64,000 nucleotides of DNA from an uncultured archaeon (lineage in GTDB: Archaea; Asgardarchaeota; Hermodarchaeia; Hermodarchaeales; Hermodarchaeaceae). Both the position numbers and the translations under genes were made by a program. Below, in pieces: positions 57,081 through 64,000 of this stretch (positions are counted from its first letter, which is position 1; the number at the start of each line of letters is the position of its first letter). The stretch spans positions 23,853 to 87,852 of the forward strand of contig CAYFXC010000007.1 of NCBI GenBank assembly GCA_964347045.1, read 5' to 3'. A model generated the notes under the pieces. It did not search any database and was not told the DNA's origin. It was given only the letters and a program-made list of their open reading frames with translations.

Positions 57081-58172
57081 ATGAGCAGTGATACTGTGTA
57101 TGAGCGCTTGCGAGAACATCTGGACAACTTACCAGTTGGTTATCCAAAAACTGAATCCGGTGTGGAAATTCGTATTCTCAAACGCCTCTTCACTGAACAA
57201 GAAGCTGAAATGGCAACCTACCTAACCTATATTCCTGAGACGGTAGATCAAATTGCTCAAAGAGCTAACCGAGACTCCGAGGCTGTCAAACCGTTATTGG
57301 AACGTTTAGCTGATAAAGGATTAATATTCCGTTCCCATAAAAAAGGAAAGACAGAGTATCGTGCAGAATGGTTTGCTATTGGCATCTACGAACATCAAGT
57401 CAATAATATGACGAAAGAGTTAGCTGAGGATTTTGAGCAGTATATGGAAGAAGCTCTAATGGATGAACTTGTTGCTTCCGCAGATCCACCCCAACTCCGA
57501 GTGATTCCTGTGGCTGCTAGTCTGTCTCCTTCGATGGGCATCCTACCACATGAAGATGCCCGAGAAATCGTCAAAAAACAAAGTAAAATCGCTGTGGCAC
57601 CCTGCGTCTGTAAGCGTGAGAAAGAGGTCTTAGGAGAGCAATGTGATACACCTGAAGAAGTTTGTATGGTTTTTTCAACCGGTGCATACTATTATATTGA
57701 AAATGGATATGGACGTGAAATTATGGTGGAAGAAGCCCTTCAAATTTTGGATACGGCACATGATGCAGGCCTCGTTTGTAGCCCAAGCAACGATCAAAAG
57801 GGCTTCGTGATTTGCAATTGCTGTGGTTGTCACTGTGAAATCTTAACGAACTTGAAAAAACTGCCCAACCCTGCAAAACTCGTTGCCAGTAATTACTATG
57901 CACAAGTTGACATTGACAGCTGTAGTGGGTGTGAGACATGTATAGACCGCTGTCAAATGGATGCAATTTCTATGGAAGAGGGTATGGCAAAAATTGACTT
58001 AGATTATTGCATCGGATGTGGATTGTGCATCACTACCTGCCCCTCAGAAGCGTTATCTTTAATGAGGAAAGAGGAGACAGAAGTTGTGGTTCCCCCTGCT
58101 AACGCCTTTGAACTATATCGTGAAATCGGTGAAAAACGCCTACAGCGCAAGGTTAGTGGTTCTGATCAATGA
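57081..58172 (+). CDS. 4Fe-4S dicluster protein with N-terminal winged helix
   Basis: CVCK, CNCCGCHC, CSGCETCIDRC, CIGCGLCITTCP. Confidence 0.88.
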   Translation: MSSDTVYERLREHLDNLPVGYPKTESGVEIRILKRLFTEQEAEMATYLTYIPETVDQIAQRANRDSEAVKPLLERLADKGLIFRSHKKGKTEYRAEWFAIGIYEHQVNNMTKELAEDFEQYMEEALMDELVASADPPQLRVIPVAASLSPSMGILPHEDAREIVKKQSKIAVAPCVCKREKEVLGEQCDTPEEVCMVFSTGAYYYIENGYGREIMVEEALQILDTAHDAGLVCSPSNDQKGFVICNCCGCHCEILTNLKKLPNPAKLVASNYYAQVDIDSCSGCETCIDRCQMDAISMEEGMAKIDLDYCIGCGLCITTCPSEALSLMRKEETEVVVPPANAFELYREIGEKRLQRKVSGSDQ

Positions 58173-58223
58173 AAATATGAGTTAAATTAACTCCTGTTCA
58201 TTATTATTCCTCGATTGTTGTCC

Positions 58224-59021
58224 TCAGGGCTGTTCATTTTTCTTTTCTAGGATTACATATTGTCGCTGAGAGATTTTTAAAAATCCGAGTTTTTGGGCAA
58301 TGCGAACTGATGGCAGGTTGTCATCACCTGCACTCCACACTGGTGTGATTCTTTTTTCTTGTAAAGCCTTTGCAACTATAGAAGCTGCAGCACTCGCCAT
58401 TCCATTGTTCCGCCAATCTTTACGCGTAATAACACCAATATCTGCAAATTTTTTTGTTTGTCCAGCGGTATGCGCAATTGAAACTACTTTTCCTGATACA
58501 ATCCCACAAGCAACCACTCCATCTTCCAACATCTCACGAGGAGTGCCATATCCATGTCCTCGAAATTCTTTTGGTGCAGATTCTAGTAGGTAAAGATCCT
58601 CAACCCACAAACGCCTGACAAATTCGTGACGATATCGTTTTACAGGAGCTGAGAGGGTATAATAGAAATCTCCATAATATCGAACAGGCAGGTTCATGTT
58701 TTCTTGGATAAGCATTCCAACAGATTTCGCCATTTCAGAAGCTACATTAATACAAGTCCATCCCTGAATAGCTTGAAGCAAGGTCCATATTGCTTCCCCA
58801 TTTGTACCAAAGGCTTGTGGTTCACTGGGAGAGGCAGCGATTTGCACTAAAGCCGCCTGTATGGCAGGAAATTCACCAATAACATATGCCCGACAATTCT
58901 GTCGTCTTAGGGAATGAACTGCAAGCACCGTCTCAGGTGTATCGCCGAGAAAATTCGCTAAAATCTGCATATCGCCAGGATTCAAAGGAGTATAGAAATC
59001 AGAGCTATTCAATGCCATCAC
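58224..59021 (-). CDS. GNAT family acetyltransferase
   Basis: DIGVIT.KDWRNNGMA, N.PS.RIAQKLGF. Confidence 0.85.
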   Translation of the reverse strand: MMALNSSDFYTPLNPGDMQILANFLGDTPETVLAVHSLRRQNCRAYVIGEFPAIQAALVQIAASPSEPQAFGTNGEAIWTLLQAIQGWTCINVASEMAKSVGMLIQENMNLPVRYYGDFYYTLSAPVKRYRHEFVRRLWVEDLYLLESAPKEFRGHGYGTPREMLEDGVVACGIVSGKVVSIAHTAGQTKKFADIGVITRKDWRNNGMASAAASIVAKALQEKRITPVWSAGDDNLPSVRIAQKLGFLKISQRQYVILEKKNEQP

Positions 59022-59063
59022 TCAATTGAGTAAAATAAGCAGACGGATAATACTTAGCGCGTA

Positions 59064-59088
59064 ATAAAAAGAGAGAGGGGAGCCCTCG
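59064..59088 (-). terminator. Short hairpin plus pyrimidine/T tract after the acyl-CoA ligase
   Basis: GAGGG-CTC-CCCTC followed by TCTCTTTTTATT on the minus strand. Confidence 0.3.
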
Positions 59089-59092
59089 CAAA

Positions 59093-60859
59093 TCAATCTT
59101 CAGAGGGTTCCCATTTTTTAGCCCTTTTAGCTATTTCTTCATCACGTAGAATCCGCCGTAGAATCTTTCCCACTGCACTTTGTGGTAGTGAATCACGGAA
59201 CTCTACAGATGTGGGTCGTTTGTAACCAGCCATTTTATCCTTCGCCCAAGTGATGATCTCTTCTTCGGTCGCAGTTTGGCCGGGAGTAAGAACAACATAG
59301 GCCTTGACGGTTTCGTTACTTGGGTCGTCCTCACGGGGCAATCCAATTGCAGCCGCTAATTGGATCTTTGGGTGTTCTATTAGAATTTCCTCAATTTCTG
59401 CTGGCCAAGCCTTTAGTCCACTGACGTTGATCATATCTTTCTTGCGGTCGGTGATGATTAGGTACCCCTGTTCGTCAAAGTGTCCAATGTCACCGGAAAA
59501 GAAGAAGCGCTTGCCACCAATGGTTTTTATGGCTTCCGCAGTTTCTTTTTCTTTTTGCCAGTAGCCTTTCATGACTTGTGGTCCATGAATTGCTACCTCG
59601 CCATCTTCTCCTGTCTTTAGCTCTTTCTTGCCAGTGTCAACGTCGAAGATTTTAATGATTGTGTCAGGCATTGGAAATCCGACTGTACCGTGTTTACGTT
59701 GACGCTTATTGCTAGGGTCAGCAGATGCTAACGGAGAGGTTTCTGTGAGACCATAGCCTTCAAAAATGGTTGCGCCTGAGACCGCTTCGAAGGTTTTAGC
59801 TGTGGCAGGAGGCAAAGGCGCTGCTCCTGACGCGCAGGCTTTCAGGCTGCTTAAGTCATATTTCGCTACATTGGGATGATAGGCAATACCGGCGTACATG
59901 GCTGGAACAGAGTGTAGAAAAGTTACTTTGTAGTCTTGAATTGCAGCAAGAAGATCGGAAAGTGGTGGTTTGCCGGCTCTGGGATCAGGGACACAAATGA
60001 GTTTACTTTGCTGGTATGCAGATGCGACCATTGACAACGTCAGTCCATAGCTGTGATACCAAGGTAATGCTCCAATGTACACTTCATTCCCGATATCAAC
60101 GGGGACTGCCGGGCCGCCTTCATCCGGTTCAAGCCAAATCCATTCATTATACTGGAGAATATTAGCAAATAGGTTATAGTGGGTTAGCATTGTACCTTTG
60201 GGAATGCCAGTTGTTCCACCTGTGTATAAGATAAGAGCTATGTCTTCTTTTGGTTTGATTTTGACCTTGGGAGGGTCTGGTGGATAGTTCGCCATGATAT
60301 CCTTGTAGTGAAGGGTAATTCCTTCCTCGTAGTAGGGACTTTTGGGGATTTTACCAATAAGACTGCCAATGATGGCTGTAAACTTGGGAAGCCAAGGTTT
60401 GAAGCTGCAAACGATGACATGTTTAACTTTTGTTCCCTTGACAGCATCATAGGTGGTTGGAGTGAGTTCAGGATGGTCGAGGCAGAAGACGATTTTTGCC
60501 CCTGAATCTATTAGCTGGTGCTTGAGTTCAGGTGCTTTGTACCGTGGATTACAAGTTACTACAACCGCTCCAGCCTTTAGGATGCCAAAGAAGATTGGAG
60601 GGTAATGAGGGGCATTGGGGAGAAAGAGTGCCACTCGGTCGCCTTTTTTGATTCCGTTACTGTGAAGGAAATTGGCGATACGGTTCGCACTTTCGAGGAC
60701 CTGTTTGAAAGTTCGTTTAGTACGGAAGATAGTATAGGTTTTCTCTCCGCTTTCTTTAGCGGCTTTGTCAAGAATTGTGAAGAGAGGTTCGTTAGGATAA
60801 TCAAGGGTTTTTCGTACGTTTTCAGGCCAGTTATACTTGTGCCAGAGCATTTCTTTCAT
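59093..60859 (-). CDS. fadD: Long-chain fatty acid-CoA ligase
   Basis: YTGGTTGIPKG, EGYGLTE, GPQVMKGYW, SGDIG, DRKKD, GKILRR. Confidence 0.92.
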   Translation of the reverse strand: MKEMLWHKYNWPENVRKTLDYPNEPLFTILDKAAKESGEKTYTIFRTKRTFKQVLESANRIANFLHSNGIKKGDRVALFLPNAPHYPPIFFGILKAGAVVVTCNPRYKAPELKHQLIDSGAKIVFCLDHPELTPTTYDAVKGTKVKHVIVCSFKPWLPKFTAIIGSLIGKIPKSPYYEEGITLHYKDIMANYPPDPPKVKIKPKEDIALILYTGGTTGIPKGTMLTHYNLFANILQYNEWIWLEPDEGGPAVPVDIGNEVYIGALPWYHSYGLTLSMVASAYQQSKLICVPDPRAGKPPLSDLLAAIQDYKVTFLHSVPAMYAGIAYHPNVAKYDLSSLKACASGAAPLPPATAKTFEAVSGATIFEGYGLTETSPLASADPSNKRQRKHGTVGFPMPDTIIKIFDVDTGKKELKTGEDGEVAIHGPQVMKGYWQKEKETAEAIKTIGGKRFFFSGDIGHFDEQGYLIITDRKKDMINVSGLKAWPAEIEEILIEHPKIQLAAAIGLPREDDPSNETVKAYVVLTPGQTATEEEIITWAKDKMAGYKRPTSVEFRDSLPQSAVGKILRRILRDEEIAKRAKKWEPSED

Positions 60860-60979
60860 GATTTTTTTGCTCCATTTTTTCAGTTGGTGATAACCGAGTG
60901 TCAGTTATTGGTGTCGTTCCTATTGAATTACCTTTTGGCAGAGTGAAAAAATTCGACAAAAATCGATGAGGCGTTCTTT

Positions 60980-61656
60980 TTAGAATTTACGGTTCCCTTC
61001 CCGATAGGCAACTCTATTCATGTCTAACTTGTTTTCCAGTAGAAAATTACGTACTAATTGAGCTTCGTGTTTACTTAGGTGGCGGAGCAACCAGCCGACA
61101 GCTTTTGCTACAAAAATTCTGAGTCTTTAATGTGCGGAGTCAAGGCGTTAATATCCATTGACCATATTCTTTTCGATATTGCCCACGCATACATAGTTCA
61201 AGGTATGGAGTAATTGCCATTCGGCGCCGCCAGAAATTGTCACTTTTCCCTTTTTTCTTCAATGTGTTTCCTATTAGGGGATTTACCATCATTTGTTTCC
61301 CCCCAACCCAAGCTAAGGGATCGGTAAGTGCCCATGTATCAATATCATTGAGCCACCTATCAGTAATAGAGATGAGTTGGGGCTCTTGCATACCCTGTTT
61401 CTGAAATTGTAGTATTAATTCAGCTGCGGCACGTCTGATATCAAACAGCCGGGGCTTCCAAAGAGTAACTAAAACCTCCGAATAATTGACAGCGTCCACA
61501 ATTGTTGCATACTTTTTTGCGATTGCGCGGATGGTTGGAAGAGGTACTCCTAAAAAAATTTGGGTCAGATGTTTTCATATAGTTTTGAACTTAAATCGCG
61601 CACTTGGGATTTTGGTGCTCTTCAAGCTCGTTGATGATTAATTGCGCAGCATCCAT
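60980..61656 (-). pseudogene. alkD: DNA alkylation repair (AlkD-like) pseudogene
   Basis: Fragments YMK...LGVPLPTIR, DTWALTD, SDNFWRRR, EFFVAKAVGWLLR; in-frame TAA at 61591-61593 and frameshifts near 61552-61558 and about 61150. Confidence 0.8.
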
Positions 61657-61722
61657 TACAGTTCATTAGAAAATTGAGTTAGTACTCCAACTGAAAAAAA
61701 ATATCGGATCTGAGCGGAGGGC

Positions 61723-62790
61723 TCAGACCTCAACTTTGAGACCGAGTTCACGGACAAGTTCCTTGTATCGGTTACGAACAGTAACTTCAGTGACTCGGCT
61801 TATTTCGGCAATTTCACGTTGAGTACGTCGTTCGCCTTCTTGGATTGAGGCGATGTATAGGCTAGCCGCCGCGAGCCCTGTGGGATCCTTGCCGGCTGTA
61901 ATGCCTTTGGAACGGGCTTGGTCTACGATTTCGGCTGCTGTGTGCTGAACATCCCCGCTGAGTTCTAATGCTTGAGCGAATCGAGGGATGAAATCAGTGG
62001 GTGATGCAATTGGGATTCGGACTTCAAGTTCACGGAGGAGGAGCCGATAACATCGTCCCAGCTCTTTACGGCTAATTCGACTGTGATGAGCAATTTCATC
62101 AAGGGTTCGTGGAACCTGACGGAGTCGACAGGCTGCATAGACACAGGATGCGATCATCGCTTCGATACTTCGGCCCCGAATGAGGTGGTGTTCAATTGCA
62201 CGACGATAAAGAATTGCTGCAGCTTCTTTCACTGGACGAGGTACTCCAAGTTGACTGGTGAGCCGATCCAGTTCACTCATTGCGTAGGCGAGATTTCGAT
62301 CAATGCTGGAATGGACTCGGGTACGGATTTGCCATTTTCGGAGTCGATAAATTTGCGCCCGACGACTGGGTGCTAATTTCTTTCCATAGGCGTCGCGATT
62401 TCGCCAGTCAATCATTGTGCTTAGACCTTTGTCGTGCACAGTGTATGTCATGGGGCTTCCTACGCGACTACGTTTGTCACGTTCTTCCGAAGTGAAAGCC
62501 CGCCATTCGGGTCCTTGATCAACCATATGGGCGTCAAGTACAAGTCCGCAATTTCTACAGATAATCTCTCCGCGAGTGATATCGCGGATCACCTCTTGTC
62601 CACTGCAGTCTGGACAACGAGTGACTTGTTGAGGTGTCTCAGGTGGACTGACCCTTAATTTTTCTTCTACAAAAGGAGCTTCTTCAACCATTACTCTTTC
62701 GACCTTCTTTCTCCGATGAAGAGGGGACGGGGGCGTTGAGAGAGTCTGCTCTCTTGGAGCATCGTCCCAGTCCATTGGTGAATTTTTCAA
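61723..62790 (-). CDS. tfb: Transcription initiation factor IIB
   Basis: CPDC..C..CG zinc ribbon, GPEWRAF, HDKGLST, two cyclin repeats, VTEVTVRNRYKEL; extended N-terminus, start 62790 (TTG) or 62775. Confidence 0.97.
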   Translation of the reverse strand: MKNSPMDWDDAPREQTLSTPPSPLHRRKKVERVMVEEAPFVEEKLRVSPPETPQQVTRCPDCSGQEVIRDITRGEIICRNCGLVLDAHMVDQGPEWRAFTSEERDKRSRVGSPMTYTVHDKGLSTMIDWRNRDAYGKKLAPSRRAQIYRLRKWQIRTRVHSSIDRNLAYAMSELDRLTSQLGVPRPVKEAAAILYRRAIEHHLIRGRSIEAMIASCVYAACRLRQVPRTLDEIAHHSRISRKELGRCYRLLLRELEVRIPIASPTDFIPRFAQALELSGDVQHTAAEIVDQARSKGITAGKDPTGLAAASLYIASIQEGERRTQREIAEISRVTEVTVRNRYKELVRELGLKVEV

Positions 62791-62873
62791 GCCGTTTTTT
62801 CCATCGCCCGCTGGTTGCGACGGAAATTGATGCTATCATATTGTGTATTTGTGGTATTTTTCCCCGCTTTGTA

Positions 62874-62899
62874 TGGCGAAACCTTTATAAGGTTTGCCA
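62874..62899. promoter_or_regulatory. Palindromic BRE/TATA element upstream of tfb
   Basis: TGGCGAAACCTT-TAT-AAGGTTTGCCA. Confidence 0.45.
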
Positions 62900-63067
62900 G
62901 TAGGAAACCGCCTTCCAGTCTTTTAAAGCTTTCTTCAACCATATATGTAAACAACATAATGTTAATGATAGCTTTACACATATCTTTGTATTACCCGACT
63001 AAAATCCGTTTTTTTATGTGTTTTCACAAAATAATAAGATTGTAGAAAAAAATGTCATTTTTTGAAG

Positions 63068-64000
63068 TTATTTAGTGGTGATTTCGATTCCATCTTTGGT
63101 GACAAGGAAGGTGTGTTCTGCTTGAGTGACACGACTACCTTTGGTGTCAGCGAGAACACTGTATTGACGAAGCGCTTTTTTCGTAGTGAGTTCGCGTAAC
63201 CCGAGAGCCAAACTGAGTTTAGAAATATGTTTAGCAAGATATCGTCGGCTAAATGGAAGACTCTTGAATTCACGAGCTACAAGACGAACAATATCTCGAG
63301 CACCACGAGTTCGAACAGGAATTCGTGCCGGATTTAAACTGTATATGTAATACTGTCCTGTTTCATGTACACTACCAGAGCCAGTAGTGGCAAAGGTTTC
63401 GAGTGCATAAGCTTCCCCTTCTTCAAGAATAGATCCATGAGGAACAGCGATATTGGGCAGGTTTTTAGATCCATGCAGGATGTACTCATCGAGTTGATGA
63501 CCACTGAGATCACGAATTGGACGATACCCATATCCTCGAATGGTATCTTCGATTATTTTCCCAAGATCTTTGCTATTAGTTTTCGGTCTTATGAGAAGGA
63601 GAGCTTTGTTTAGGGCTTCACGACTGGCTTCAACAAGGGTTTCTAGTTGGGGATCAAAGCTGACGGAGAACGCTGTGTCAGCGATGTGTCCATCTATATG
63701 GACGCCAATATCTACTTTAACGACGTCTCCTTCCTGAATCACTGTTGTGTCTTCTTCAGGGCTAGTGTAATGGGCTGCAATTTCGTTCAAAGATACGTTT
63801 GTAGGAAAACCAATTCCACCACCAAGTTCGACTATTCGCGCTTCTGCCACTTCACAGATGTCAAGGGCTCGCGCCCCAATTTTAATTTGTGGAATCATTT
63901 CTTCGCGAACTTGGCTAGCGATTTTACCAGCGCGGCGATATTTTTCCTCTGCTTCTTCCTCTTCTGCTTCTTCCTCTTCTGCTTCTTCCTCTTCTGCTTC
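63068..64000 (-). CDS. map: Methionine aminopeptidase type II, 5'-truncated by window edge
   Basis: FPTN.S.NEIAAHYT, DIGVH.DG.IAD, GHQ....LH, ETF, QAEHT; frame is open to 64000 (KYRRAGKIA). Confidence 0.95.
   Translation of the reverse strand, partial: EAEEEEAEEEEAEEEEAEEKYRRAGKIASQVREEMIPQIKIGARALDICEVAEARIVELGGGIGFPTNVSLNEIAAHYTSPEEDTTVIQEGDVVKVDIGVHIDGHIADTAFSVSFDPQLETLVEASREALNKALLLIRPKTNSKDLGKIIEDTIRGYGYRPIRDLSGHQLDEYILHGSKNLPNIAVPHGSILEEGEAYALETFATTGSGSVHETGQYYIYSLNPARIPVRTRGARDIVRLVAREFKSLPFSRRYLAKHISKLSLALGLRELTTKKALRQYSVLADTKGSRVTQAEHTFLVTKDGIEITTK
63948..64000 (-). repeat. 15-bp coding tandem repeat (GAAGCAGAAGAGGAA)n encoding (EAEEE)n
   Basis: Three exact units at 63956-64000 plus a partial unit; runs off the window edge. 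Confidence 0.9.

Noticed and set aside
61140-61499. 119-aa ORF as an intact gene, or recoding of the upstream TAA
   Set aside because: It is the middle fragment of an alkD gene with a stop and two frameshifts; TAA is not a Sec/Pyl codon
62787-63273. Short ORFs between tfb and map
   Set aside because: They overlap promoter/terminator sequence or map in another frame; no motifs
1-64000. CRISPR arrays, rRNA, IS/transposases, integrases, proviral genes; the many 60-170 aa antisense or shadow ORFs
   Set aside because: No repeat-spacer periodicity, rRNA motifs or mobile-element proteins seen; shadow ORFs lie within well-supported genes

Overview
Gene-dense chromosomal segment of an archaeon, almost certainly an Asgard archaeon. 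This is an inference from archaeal core genes (TFB, Rpo12, Topo VI, archaeal MAT, PoK/PPS, Tes) sitting among eukaryotic-signature proteins: two roadblock/LC7 proteins, a Rab-like GTPase coupled to a longin-like protein, an OST5/TMEM258 homologue, Get3/TRC40, L13e and an Rpn11-like JAMM protein. The window holds about 65 CDS, mostly housekeeping: LipS1/LipS2 lipoylation, a CoA/pantothenate cluster with two pantoate kinases, AMP salvage genes, lipid genes, protein maturation and targeting, and a B12-type ECF module. It also has two multi-intron tRNA genes not represented in the ORF track and one alkD pseudogene. I found no rRNA, CRISPR array or mobile element. The strongest candidate for an undescribed system is the tRNA-His/hisS locus (48637-50397). 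Its tRNA has three BHB introns, one at position 8/9 whose splice structure consumes the acceptor stem. A duplicated acceptor strand in the 5' leader could act as a placeholder. The tRNA has A73 and no encoded G-1, and the adjacent HisRS has an altered G-1-recognition loop. Other highlights are a Get3-coupled 39-aa tail-anchored micro-protein, a tail-anchored JAMM protein, a pair of membrane-anchored coiled-coil/SHOCT-or-ESCRT-I-like paralogues, a degenerate Cdc6/ORC-like protein, an L13e-HhH fusion and an Rpo12 with a nested extra zinc ribbon. All family assignments come from motif recognition by eye; no searches were run.
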